Shown in pieces: positions 12,236-21,352 of a stretch of 64,000 nucleotides of DNA. Under the pieces are notes generated by a model. The model was not told the DNA's origin. It searched no databases and saw nothing but the letters and a program-made list of their open reading frames with translations. The stretch is taken from contig JAZKFH010000023.1 in the NCBI GenBank assembly GCA_040386535.1, forward strand, positions 64,001-128,000. The letters run 5' to 3'. Made by a program: the position numbers and the translations under genes. This DNA comes from Myxococcota bacterium (GTDB lineage: Bacteria; Myxococcota_A; UBA796; SXON01). Each line of letters opens with the position of its first letter. Positions within the stretch are counted from its first letter, which is position 1.

Positions 12236-13051
12236 ATGCGACTCCTGATCATCGCGGCGCTGTGCTTCGCCGCCTGCACCGACAAGTCCATCCCCCTTGG
12301 GGGTGGGGAGCCGCCGGACGCGCGGCTGTACGCCGATGTGTACACCTGGGTGTGCGAGGACAGCGACGCGCAGCGCTACGAGGGCGTGTTCGCCTACGAG
12401 CTGAGCCTCGAGTACGCGCCCGACGCGCTGGAGGACCGCGACGTGCCCGCGTCCGGCTGCACCCGTGGCCTCGACATCTTCCCGGGGGACGCGGGAGCCG
12501 ACGGCGTGGACATCCCCGACGTGAGCGCGCCCGCGTGGACCACGGCGGACCAGAGCGGTGTGCTCGAGCACGTCACCGACGGCTTCTACTCGGACGACGT
12601 GTTCGAGAACCGGAAGGGATGCACGGACGCCGCCGAGCTGCTGGCCGAGGGGGCCACGCTCTCGGACGCGGGGGCGTTCTCGGGGGCGACCGCGCCTGCG
12701 CCGGGCTCGGTCGAGGAGGTGGTCCTCGCGGGGGAGGTCGACGAGCGGAGCGGCATCCCCTTCGGCTCCCAGGTCACCGCGTCCTGGAGCGCCAGCGGGT
12801 GGGATTCCAGCTGGGTGCAGATCCGGCGCGAGAACGCCGGCGTACTCGTGGAGTCCGTCACGTGCGCGACCACGGGCGAGGAGAGCTTCACCGTCGACGA
12901 TGACGTGTGGTCGCTGCTCTCCGATGCCGTCGAGGTCGACGTCACGAACCTCTACGTCGCGTTCGAGGTGAGCGGCGGGTCGACCACCGCCGACGGGCAG
13001 AAGGTCGTCACGGCGACGAGGGCCATGCATGTCGCTGTCGTCCAGGATTGA
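12236..13051 (+). CDS. Acidic hypothetical lipoprotein
   Basis: Lipobox FAAC; several Cys. Confidence 0.7.
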   Translation: MRLLIIAALCFAACTDKSIPLGGGEPPDARLYADVYTWVCEDSDAQRYEGVFAYELSLEYAPDALEDRDVPASGCTRGLDIFPGDAGADGVDIPDVSAPAWTTADQSGVLEHVTDGFYSDDVFENRKGCTDAAELLAEGATLSDAGAFSGATAPAPGSVEEVVLAGEVDERSGIPFGSQVTASWSASGWDSSWVQIRRENAGVLVESVTCATTGEESFTVDDDVWSLLSDAVEVDVTNLYVAFEVSGGSTTADGQKVVTATRAMHVAVVQD

Positions 13052-13085
13052 TCGCAACGCGCGGTCGGCATAGGGAGTTTGGCTC

Positions 13086-13958
13086 ATGCCCACCCGGACC
13101 GTGCTCGTCGTCGATGCATCGCCCCTCTCCGCGCGCCGCGTGCAGGAGGCCTTGCGTGGCACCGGATTCTCCGTGGTCGTCGCCGCGACCAACGCCGACG
13201 CGGAAGTCGCGGTCGAAGCAGGGGGCATCGCCGTCGCGCTTGCTGCGTTGAGCTTCCCGGGCGGCAACGGCTACGAGCTCGCCCGGATGGTCAAGTCCCG
13301 CAGCCCCGAGGCGGTGGTCTTCCTGCTTTGTGGCGGGTTCGAGGTCTTCAACGGCGAGCGGGCGGACCAGGTCGGCGTCTACGGGCGCATCAACCGTCCG
13401 TTCACGGTCGACACGTTGGTGCGTCACCTCGAGGCGGCGCTGGGGCCGCTCGCGCAGGGATCTCTCACGCAGGGCTCTCTCACGCAGGGGGCGCTGACGC
13501 AGGGCAGTTCGGCGGAGCCCGCCAAGCCGGCGCCCGAGTTCGACCCCGTTCCGATCCGGCGCGCCGCGGTCGACTCGCCCGCCGAGCCGTCGGACGCGAT
13601 CCAGGCGTATGACGGCCCCATCGCGCCCGCCCCGGCCCCCGAGCCGGTCGCCGCGCCCCGCACCGCCGTGGGGGACGAGCGGCTTGCCAGCTTCCTGCCG
13701 CGCGAGTGGCGCTCGCACCCTCCGGTGCGGGTCGATCCCGATGTCGTCGGCCCGGCGCTCGAGCGCGCCATCCTCGAGGTGCTCCCCGAGGTGGTCGAGG
13801 TCATCCTCAACAAGGCCCTTTCACGTTCGCCCGCCCTCCGGGACCTCATCGAGGTCGCGGTCGACGAGGCGGTGCGCGCCCAGATCGGCCCCATCGCGCG
13901 GCGGGTCATCCGCGAGCGCCTCGCCGAAATCGAAGCGGGCGGGGAAGACATCGGATGA
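13086..13958 (+). CDS. romR: RomR-like polarity regulator (atypical receiver, Pro-rich linker, helical C-terminus)
   Basis: LLCGGFEVFNGERA...RPF recalls the RomR receiver; C-terminal AILEVLPEVVEVIL / IARRVIRERLAEIE recalls the RomR C-terminal helix. Confidence 0.65.
   Translation: MPTRTVLVVDASPLSARRVQEALRGTGFSVVVAATNADAEVAVEAGGIAVALAALSFPGGNGYELARMVKSRSPEAVVFLLCGGFEVFNGERADQVGVYGRINRPFTVDTLVRHLEAALGPLAQGSLTQGSLTQGALTQGSSAEPAKPAPEFDPVPIRRAAVDSPAEPSDAIQAYDGPIAPAPAPEPVAAPRTAVGDERLASFLPREWRSHPPVRVDPDVVGPALERAILEVLPEVVEVILNKALSRSPALRDLIEVAVDEAVRAQIGPIARRVIRERLAEIEAGGEDIG
13454..13505 (+). repeat. 15-bp in-frame tandem repeat (about 3.5 copies) encoding (QG[S/A]LT)n
   Basis: gcagggatctctcac gcagggctctctcac gcagggggcgctgac gcagggc. 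Confidence 0.85.
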
Positions 13959-13965
13959 GGCGCAC

Positions 13966-14808
13966 GTGATCCTGCCCGAGCTCGTTCGTCTCGCGCTGGA
14001 AGAGGACGTGGGCCCGGGGGACGTGACGACCCGCGCGGTCGTCGATCCTGCCGCCCGGGGCACCGCCCGTATCGTCGCCAAGCAGGCGCTCGTGGTGTCG
14101 GGTCAGTCGGCCGCGGCCGAGGTCTTCCGCCAGCTCGACGCGCGGTACGAGGTGGTGGTTCCCGACGGCGAGGAGGTCACGGCCGGCACGGTCGTAGGCC
14201 GGGTCGACGGCTCGCTGGCCGCCCTCTTGACGAGCGAACGGACCGCGTTGAACTTCCTCATGCGCCTGTGTGGCGTCGCGACCCATACGCGCATGGTGGT
14301 CCGCGCCGCGGGGAGCCTGCGCGTGGTGGACACGCGAAAGACCACCCCTCTGCTGCGCGCGTTGGAGAAGGACGCCGTGCGCCACGGCGGCGCCGCCAAC
14401 CACCGCTACGCGCTGTACGACGGTGTCCTCATCAAGGACAACCACATCGTCGCGGCGGGCGGCCTGACGACGGCCGTCCGGCGCGCTCGCGCGGCTGCGC
14501 ACCACCTCCTCCGCGTCGAGGTCGAGGTCGAGAACCTCGAAGAGTTTGCCGAGGCGCTCGCGGCGGGCGCCGACGTCGTGCTGCTCGACAACATGCAGGA
14601 CGACACGCTCAGGGAGGCCGTCGCCATGCGGGCCGCGCACCGCGCCACCGGTGGGCAGCCCGTGGTGCTCGAGGCGAGCGGCAACATGACGGCCGAGCGC
14701 ATCGTTGGGCTGCGTGACGTTGGGCTCGACTTCGTGAGCATGGGCGGGCTCATCCACCAGGCGCGCTGGGCGGACCTCTCGATGCGCATCGATCCGCTCC
14801 CCGGCTGA
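13966..14808 (+). CDS. nadC: Quinolinate phosphoribosyltransferase
   Basis: [38 protein letters not shown]. Confidence 0.95.
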   Translation: MILPELVRLALEEDVGPGDVTTRAVVDPAARGTARIVAKQALVVSGQSAAAEVFRQLDARYEVVVPDGEEVTAGTVVGRVDGSLAALLTSERTALNFLMRLCGVATHTRMVVRAAGSLRVVDTRKTTPLLRALEKDAVRHGGAANHRYALYDGVLIKDNHIVAAGGLTTAVRRARAAAHHLLRVEVEVENLEEFAEALAAGADVVLLDNMQDDTLREAVAMRAAHRATGGQPVVLEASGNMTAERIVGLRDVGLDFVSMGGLIHQARWADLSMRIDPLPG

Positions 14809-14831
14809 TCCGACGGGTTAGGGCGCGGCAC

Positions 14832-16742
14832 ATGGCGCGACGCTTTCTGCCGATGACCCTCGAAGAGACGGCCGGCGAGCCGCTCGACATCATCCTCGTC
14901 ACCGGGGATGCCTACGTGGACCACAATTCCTTCGGCGTGGCGCTCATCGGGCGCTGGCTGGAGTCGCATGGGTACTCCGTGGGCGTGATCTCCCAGCCCG
15001 CGTGGGACGGGCCCGAAGGGTTCTCCGTGCTCGGCCGGCCCCGCCTTTTCTTCGGCGTGACCAGCGGCAACATGGACTCGATGGTGAACCACTACACCGC
15101 GGCGCGCCGCATCCGTAGTGACGACGCCTACTCGCCGGGCGGCAAGGCGGGGCTCCGCCCCGATCGGGCGTGCATCGCGTACGCGAACCGCATCAAGCAG
15201 GCGTTTCCGGGCGTGCCGATCGTGCTCGGCGGGATCGAGGCGTCCCTGCGCCGCATCGCGCACTACGACTACTGGCAGGAGAAGCTGCGGCGCAGCATCC
15301 TGCTCGACGCCAAGGCCGATCTGCTCGTGCACGGCATGGGCGAGCGCACGGTCGTCGAGATCGCGCGGCGGCTCGCGGAAGGGAAGGGGATCGAGGGCTG
15401 CCGGGACATCCCCGGCACGGCATGGGCGCTCGGTCGGACCAGCCCCGTGCCCGACGCCCCCCACATCGAGGTTCCCTCGTTCGAACAGTGTGTCGCCGAT
15501 CCGTTGGCGTTCAACCGGCTCACGCTCCTGATGTACCGCGAGGCGAACCCGCACTGCGGTGAGGCGTTGCTCCACAAGAGCGCCGACCGCGCCATCTGGT
15601 GCAACCCGGCCGACACGCCGCTCACGACGAAGGAGCTGGACCGCCTCTACGAGCTGCCCTACGCCAACGCCGCGCATCCCTGTTACCGCGAGCCCATCCC
15701 GGCGTTCGAGTCCATTCGTGGCAGCTTGACGGTCAACCGCGGCTGTTCGGGGGGCTGCTCCTTCTGCGCGCTCACCCTGCACCAGGGCAAGGAAGTTGTG
15801 AGCCGCAGCCCGGAGAGCGTGGTGCGCGAGGTGCAGTCGCTCACGAAGGAGAAGGGCTTCAACGGGGTGATCTCGGACCTCGGTGGGCCGACCGCCAACA
15901 TGTTCCACATGAAGTGTATGTCGGAGGCGGCGAACAAGGTGTGCCGCCGCGTGAGCTGCCTTCACCCGGTTCGTTGCAAACATTACGGCACGGACCACAA
16001 GCCCTACATCGACTTGTTGCGGAAGGTGCGGACGCTCCCGGGCATCAAGCGTGTGTTCGTGAACAGCGGGATTCGTTACGATCTCGCGGGCTTGGACCAG
16101 AAGTTCGTCGAGGAGCTCGCTACGCATCACGTGTCCGGCTCGCTCACCACGGCGCCCGAGCACGTGAGCAAGCGGACGTTGCACTTCATGCGCAAGCCCG
16201 ACGTGACCCACTTCTCGGAGTTCCTCGACCGGTTTCAGAAGGCGAGCGCGGACGCGGGCAAGAAGCAGCTGATCGTGCCGTACTTCCAGTGTGCGCACCC
16301 GGGCACGGGGCCGGAGGAGGCCATCGAGCTCGCGGTCTACATGAAGAAGAACCGGCTCCAATGCCGGCAGGTGCAGATGTTCATGCCGACGCCCGGCACG
16401 ATCTCCACCGCCATGTACGTGAGCGGGTTTGATCCCTACACCAAGCAGGCCGTCGCCGTGGCACGCGGCCACAAGGAGCGCTCGCGCCAGCGCTCCATGC
16501 TCTTCTGGTGGAAGCGCGAGGAGTGGCCGGCGATCCGCGAGGCGCTGCACGCCTGGGGGCACACCGAGCTCATCGGCAACACGCCGGATTGCCTCGTCCC
16601 TCCCGGCCCCGCGCGCGGCGGCTGGATCACCACTGTGCGCCGCGTGGAGCCCACCGTGGGAGGCATGGGCATGAAGGTCGAGCGGGCGTCCGCCGAAGAG
16701 CTGGCGGAAGAGCGGTGGGAAGGGATCAACGCCAACCCGTAG
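14832..16742 (+). CDS. YgiQ-family radical SAM protein
   Basis: [46 protein letters not shown]. Confidence 0.92.
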   Translation: MARRFLPMTLEETAGEPLDIILVTGDAYVDHNSFGVALIGRWLESHGYSVGVISQPAWDGPEGFSVLGRPRLFFGVTSGNMDSMVNHYTAARRIRSDDAYSPGGKAGLRPDRACIAYANRIKQAFPGVPIVLGGIEASLRRIAHYDYWQEKLRRSILLDAKADLLVHGMGERTVVEIARRLAEGKGIEGCRDIPGTAWALGRTSPVPDAPHIEVPSFEQCVADPLAFNRLTLLMYREANPHCGEALLHKSADRAIWCNPADTPLTTKELDRLYELPYANAAHPCYREPIPAFESIRGSLTVNRGCSGGCSFCALTLHQGKEVVSRSPESVVREVQSLTKEKGFNGVISDLGGPTANMFHMKCMSEAANKVCRRVSCLHPVRCKHYGTDHKPYIDLLRKVRTLPGIKRVFVNSGIRYDLAGLDQKFVEELATHHVSGSLTTAPEHVSKRTLHFMRKPDVTHFSEFLDRFQKASADAGKKQLIVPYFQCAHPGTGPEEAIELAVYMKKNRLQCRQVQMFMPTPGTISTAMYVSGFDPYTKQAVAVARGHKERSRQRSMLFWWKREEWPAIREALHAWGHTELIGNTPDCLVPPGPARGGWITTVRRVEPTVGGMGMKVERASAEELAEERWEGINANP

Positions 16743-16754
16743 GGCCTCCTCGGG

Positions 16755-17345
16755 TCAGCGCTTGAGCCGCTCCTCGAGCCGTGCCAGCTGGGCTCGTAGC
16801 TCGTCGAGCTCCTCACCTCCGTGCGCGTCGAATGCCGAGGAGGCAGGGTAGGCGGCGGCGGCCGGGCTCGGGGCCGTCACTGCACCGGCGCCGCCCCACG
16901 CACCGTAGGGCGCGGCCGGGGGCTCGGCCACGTAGTAGGCGTCGCTCGCGGAGCCGTTCTGGAGGCCGCCCGGCGCCCCGCTCGACGACGCCCCGCGAAG
17001 GGGCTCGTAGAGCCGATCCAGGTAGGCCTCTGACTGATCCAGCTGTGTTTCGAGCAGGTCGAGCCCGATCACCAGCTGCTCGCGCAACATGCGCGGCGCG
17101 GCCTCGGTACCGCCGGCGCGGATGACGCGGCGCAGCAGGGGCACGGGGAACAGGTCGGCGCTGGTGCCGGTTTCCAGCACGATCTGGAGCAGGACCTCCC
17201 GCGTCAAGTCCCGGCCGGTCTTCACGTCCACCACCGAGATGTCGATGTTGTCGGCGACCATCCGCGCGATGTCATCGAGGTTGACGTACTTGGATGCCTC
17301 GGTGTCGTACAGGCGCCGGTTCTCGTACTTCTTGATGGCGGGCAT
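16755..17345 (-). CDS. phaR: PHA synthesis repressor PhaR (alternative start 17372)
   Basis: IKKYENRRLYDTEASKYVNLDDI...DVKTGRDLTREVLLQI is the PhaR DNA-binding domain. Confidence 0.88.
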   Translation of the reverse strand: MPAIKKYENRRLYDTEASKYVNLDDIARMVADNIDISVVDVKTGRDLTREVLLQIVLETGTSADLFPVPLLRRVIRAGGTEAAPRMLREQLVIGLDLLETQLDQSEAYLDRLYEPLRGASSSGAPGGLQNGSASDAYYVAEPPAAPYGAWGGAGAVTAPSPAAAAYPASSAFDAHGGEELDELRAQLARLEERLKR

Positions 17346-17379
17346 CCGCTCGTCTATCTCGCGGTGCGTCATTTTGCTG

Positions 17380-17429
17380 TGCTGCGGTGCAAGACAATCC
17401 TTGACGCGCTGCGGCGCGAGCGCTACGGT
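17380..17429 (+). promoter_or_regulatory. Sigma70-like promoter for the pha operon with PhaR-like boxes
   Basis: TTGACG(17401)-17 bp-TACGGT(17424); TGCACCGCAGCA on the minus strand at 17380-17391, and a degenerate copy in the spacer at 17407-17418. Confidence 0.65.
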
Positions 17430-17439
17430 TCGGGGGCCG

Positions 17440-17739
17440 GTGATCGCGCCGGCGCTTGGGGTATTCGTGTCGTCCTCCCTCCATTCGTCCGCTCCGAAGC
17501 TGTCTGCTTCCAGCCTCGCCCGGGCCGTCCTCGGTCGCTCGGCCGCGCACATCCTCGGGGTCCACCGCCGGGTGACCGCGTGGCAGCTGGCGTACGCGCG
17601 GCTCACCGAGGGCCAGGTCGCACGCTGGTTCGAGCTCCATCGGGTCGGGCTCGAGGCGAGCCTGCGCTTCACAGAGGCCGCGGCGGAAGCGGTCGCGCCG
17701 CGCGAGTCCTCGGCGGTCTCCACGAGCACGGCCGGATAG
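17440..17739 (+). CDS. Small amphipathic helical protein, candidate phasin; start uncertain (17440 or 17467)
   Basis: First ORF after the promoter; Ala/Leu/Arg-rich helix; phasin call rests on position only. Confidence 0.4.
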   Translation: MIAPALGVFVSSSLHSSAPKLSASSLARAVLGRSAAHILGVHRRVTAWQLAYARLTEGQVARWFELHRVGLEASLRFTEAAAEAVAPRESSAVSTSTAG

Positions 17740-17791
17740 CCGCGCGTTCGTCCAGCTTCTCTCGTCTCTCCTCTTCGCCCCCGGACTCCTC

Positions 17792-18319
17792 TTGGCGACC
17801 CCCCGCGGCAAACCCCCTGGCCCCCCACGCTTCGGCGACCAGCTTTACCAAGGCTGGGAGAAGGCGATGGGCGCGTGGTGGGACCAGGTGCTGCAATCGC
17901 CGGCGTTCCTGGGCGCGATGAGCGAGAACCTCGCCGCGCGGACCCAGGCCCGCGCAACCTACGAGCGCACGATGGAAGGCGCCATGGATCGGATGCATCT
18001 CCCCACGCGCAAGGACATCGGGCGTGTCGCGCGGGTGGCCACCCTGCTGGAGGAGCGCCTCCTCGCACAGGAGGATCTGCTCCTCTCGCTCAAGGACCAA
18101 CTCGCCGCGGCGCAGCGGGAGTCGGTACAGGCGCGGATCGACGCCGCTCAGGCGCGTTTGGAGCTCAAGGAGCAGCTCGGGCAGCTTCGCGAAGAGATCG
18201 CCTCCTTGCGGGCGGCGGCGCCGGCCGCGGTCGCGCCCGCGGCGAGCTCGCTCGAGGGCCCGGCGCCCTCGGCGCCCGCGGCGCCCCGGAAGTCGCGCGC
18301 ACGTCGGGGCCCCCCATGA
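17792..18319 (+). CDS. phaE: PhaE-like subunit of class III PHA synthase
   Basis: LYQGWEKAM..WWDQVLQSPAF, MHLPTRKDI then coiled coil; ATGA overlap with phaC. Confidence 0.7.
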   Translation: MATPRGKPPGPPRFGDQLYQGWEKAMGAWWDQVLQSPAFLGAMSENLAARTQARATYERTMEGAMDRMHLPTRKDIGRVARVATLLEERLLAQEDLLLSLKDQLAAAQRESVQARIDAAQARLELKEQLGQLREEIASLRAAAPAAVAPAASSLEGPAPSAPAAPRKSRARRGPP

Positions 18320-19380
18320 TGTTCCCCGATCCCTTGCAGGCCTTCTTCGCGGGCATTCCGGGCCTGGATCAGGCGGCCCGTGTGCGCCGCGGCATGCATA
18401 TCCTCGCCACCACGCCGCGGCCTCCCGTCGGGGGCACGCCGCACACGGTGATCCACGCACAGGACAAGCTCGCGGTCCGCTACTACCCGCCCCGCGGCCA
18501 GGCCCGCGCCACGCCGGTGGTCCTCGTGCCATCGCTGATCAACCGGGCGTGGATCCTCGATCTCGAGCCCGGGCGCTCGCTGGTCGAGGCACTCTCGGCG
18601 ATGGGGCACCCCACGTACCTCGTCGATTGGGGCGAGCCGGGTCCGGAGGATGCCGAAGAGGACGTTGGGTACGTCCTCCTCGAACTGTTGCATCGCAGCA
18701 TCGACCGCGTGTGCCGCCACGCGCGGTCAGCAGACACGTTCCTGCTCGGCTACTGCCTCGGTGGCACGCTCGCGGCAATGTACACGGCGCTCCGGCCCGC
18801 GCGCGTGGCCGGGCTCGTGGCGCTCGCCGCGCCGGTGTCGTTCTCGAACGGCGGGCGCTTCCGCGAGTTCGTGGCGCCGGGCGTGTTCGACGTGGATCGG
18901 GCGGTCGCGGCGGACGGGCTGGTGCCGGTGGACGTGATGAAGCCCGCGTTCCAGATGCTCGACCCGATGGGCCACTTCACGAAGTTTCTCGCCGTCGAGG
19001 CCGCCTCCTCCGATCCGAGGCAGCTCACCCGGGTGCTGGCGCGCGAGCGGTGGGTCGAGGAGAACGTCCCCATGTCGGGCGCGTTCGCCCGGGAGTTCAT
19101 CCGCAAGGCGTACCAGGAGGATGCCCTCCTGTCGGGAACGTGGAACATCCGCGGCGAACGTGTCGTGCTCGGCGCGATCCACGCGCCCGTACACGTGGTG
19201 GCGTGCCGCCGCGACTTCATCACCCCCGTGGCGGCCGCCCTCCCGCTCGCCGCGGCCACCGGCGGCCCGACCACCACCACCGTGCTCAACACCGGTCACA
19301 TCGGCGTGGTCGTGGGTAGCGAGGGGCCGCGTACCTTCTACCCGCTGCTCGACAGCTGGTTCCGCGAGGTCCGCGCATGA
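18316..19380 (+). CDS. phaC: Class III PHA synthase catalytic subunit
   Basis: VPSLINRAWILDL, LVDWG, GYCLGG (catalytic Cys), D in RDFITP, TGHIG. Confidence 0.88.
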   Translation: MMFPDPLQAFFAGIPGLDQAARVRRGMHILATTPRPPVGGTPHTVIHAQDKLAVRYYPPRGQARATPVVLVPSLINRAWILDLEPGRSLVEALSAMGHPTYLVDWGEPGPEDAEEDVGYVLLELLHRSIDRVCRHARSADTFLLGYCLGGTLAAMYTALRPARVAGLVALAAPVSFSNGGRFREFVAPGVFDVDRAVAADGLVPVDVMKPAFQMLDPMGHFTKFLAVEAASSDPRQLTRVLARERWVEENVPMSGAFAREFIRKAYQEDALLSGTWNIRGERVVLGAIHAPVHVVACRRDFITPVAAALPLAAATGGPTTTTVLNTGHIGVVVGSEGPRTFYPLLDSWFREVRA

Positions 19381-20825
19381 GGGCCACGAGCAATTGGCTG
19401 GCGTTCCACACCCGGTTCCGCCCCGACGCCGAGGCCCTGTTCGACGTGTCGACCGGGCGTCGGTGGTCCTACGCGCAGCTCGGCGCCTGGTCGGCGCGAT
19501 GGGCTGGCCGGCTCCAGGCCGAGGGGGTGGTCCCGGGGGACCGCGTGGTCGTCGTCGCCGGAAACCGCGCGGAGACCCTCGCGCTGCTCTTCGCGTGCGC
19601 GGAGCTGGGCGCCATCCTGGCCCCGTTGAACTGGCGCCTCGCCGTGCCCGAGCTGCGGTGGCAGATCGAGCACTGCGCACCCCGGGTGGTCTTCGCCGAC
19701 GCCGTTCAGCGCGCGCGCATCGGCGGCCTCCCGCTCGAGGACGAGCCCGGCGCCGATCCGATCGAGGGCCCCGGCGCGCCGCTCGAGGCGCCGTGGGTGC
19801 TCCTCTACACGTCGGGCTCCACCGGGCGGCCCAAGGGCGCGCTGCTGACGCACGGCCAGCTTCACTGGAACAGCGTCAACACGTGGCTGGCGTGTGATCT
19901 GCAGCCGGCGGACGCGACGCTCACGTTCACCCCGCTCTTCCACACGGGCGGGCTCAATTGCCTCACGACCCCCCTGCTGCACCGCGGCGGCCGGGTGGTG
20001 CTCACGACCGGGTTCGAGCCCGCGGAGACGCTCCGCCTCATCGCCGAGGAGCGGGTGACCATCCTGATGGGCGTCCCGACGATCTTCCAGATGATGGCCG
20101 ACCATCCGGCGTTCGAGGGTGCGGACCTCTCGTTGGTCCGGGACGCCCTCGTCGGCGGCGCCGCCCTGCCGATGCCGCTGCTCGAGCGCTATCGGGAGCG
20201 CCGCATCCCGCTCCGGCAGGGCTTCGGGCTCACCGAGGTGGGGCCCAACTGCTTCTCGTTGCCACCCGCCGAGATCGACCGGAAGGCCGGGACCGTGGGT
20301 CTCGCCATCCCCCACGTCGCGGCCAAGGTCGTGCGGCCCGACGGGTCGGAGTGCGGGGTGGACGAGCCGGGCGAGCTCCTCCTGGCCGGGCCCGCCGTGT
20401 TCGGAGGCTACTGGAACGATGCGGACGCCACGGCCAGGGCGGTCGTGAACGGCTGGTTCCACACCGGCGACATGCTCTCGCGTGACGACGAAGGCTACTT
20501 CCGCGTGCGCGGCCGCATCAAGGAGATGTACATCTCCGGCGGCGAGAACGTGTACCCGCCCGAGGTCGAGGCCGTCCTTCACGCCCTCCCTGGCGTCGCC
20601 GCCGCCGCCGTCATCGGCGTCCCGGACGAGCGCTGGGGCGAGGTGGGGGCCGCGTTCATCGAGCTCATCCCCGGCCACACCCTCACCGAGTCGGACATCC
20701 GCGCCTGGGTCGCGCCCCGCCTCGCTCGTTTCAAGCAGCCCCGGTATGTGCGCGTGCTCCCGACGCTGCCGCGCACCGCCTCCGGAAAGATCGACCGCGT
20801 CAACCTCTCCAAGGAGCCTCGATGA
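19377..20825 (+). CDS. Acyl-CoA ligase (AMP-forming, FadD/MenE family)
   Basis: YTSGSTGRPKG, GFGLTE, GWFHTGD, SGGENVYPPEVE, LPRTASGK. Confidence 0.9.
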   Translation: MRATSNWLAFHTRFRPDAEALFDVSTGRRWSYAQLGAWSARWAGRLQAEGVVPGDRVVVVAGNRAETLALLFACAELGAILAPLNWRLAVPELRWQIEHCAPRVVFADAVQRARIGGLPLEDEPGADPIEGPGAPLEAPWVLLYTSGSTGRPKGALLTHGQLHWNSVNTWLACDLQPADATLTFTPLFHTGGLNCLTTPLLHRGGRVVLTTGFEPAETLRLIAEERVTILMGVPTIFQMMADHPAFEGADLSLVRDALVGGAALPMPLLERYRERRIPLRQGFGLTEVGPNCFSLPPAEIDRKAGTVGLAIPHVAAKVVRPDGSECGVDEPGELLLAGPAVFGGYWNDADATARAVVNGWFHTGDMLSRDDEGYFRVRGRIKEMYISGGENVYPPEVEAVLHALPGVAAAAVIGVPDERWGEVGAAFIELIPGHTLTESDIRAWVAPRLARFKQPRYVRVLPTLPRTASGKIDRVNLSKEPR

Positions 20826-21352
20826 TCCTCGCCCTCGCCCTGTTTGCCTGCACCCCCGACGACGTTACCGACGAGCAGAAGGACACCGCCGAGTCCGACA
20901 CCGACACCGACACGGACACGGACACGGACACCGATACCGACGCCGCCACGGCCGGTGACATCAACGACGCCTGGCTCTCCGAAGGCGCTGACATCAGCGC
21001 CCTCTTCCAGGCGGCGCCGTTCTCGTTCGTCAGCGTCGCGGCGACCTTCAACGCCGACCTCAGCTACACCGTCGTCGCGATGGACGGGGAGGGCGCCGCC
21101 ACCAACTTCGCCGGCACGTTCGTGGTGGACGCGGGCACCCGCCCCGGCACCATCACCCTGACGCAGAGCACCCCCTACGCGGCCACCTCCGTCGGCATCT
21201 ACCAGGTCGACGCCGACACGTTGACCTACGAGGCCGTGCAGACCGTGCCCGACTACGGGTTCACGCCCCCCACCCCCGAGACCGGCTTCGGCACCACCGC
21301 CGGGACGGGCATCGTGGCGGGGTCGAACCTCCAGATCTACCAGAGGCAGTAG
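20822..21352 (+). CDS. Lipoprotein with Asp-Thr linker and beta-rich (possibly lipocalin-like) domain
   Basis: MILALALFAC lipobox; DT repeat; alternating beta strands. Confidence 0.7.
   Translation: MILALALFACTPDDVTDEQKDTAESDTDTDTDTDTDTDTDAATAGDINDAWLSEGADISALFQAAPFSFVSVAATFNADLSYTVVAMDGEGAATNFAGTFVVDAGTRPGTITLTQSTPYAATSVGIYQVDADTLTYEAVQTVPDYGFTPPTPETGFGTTAGTGIVAGSNLQIYQRQ
20897..20941 (+). repeat. (Asp-Thr)n low-complexity repeat
   Basis: gacacc/gacacg hexamer units. Confidence 0.9.
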
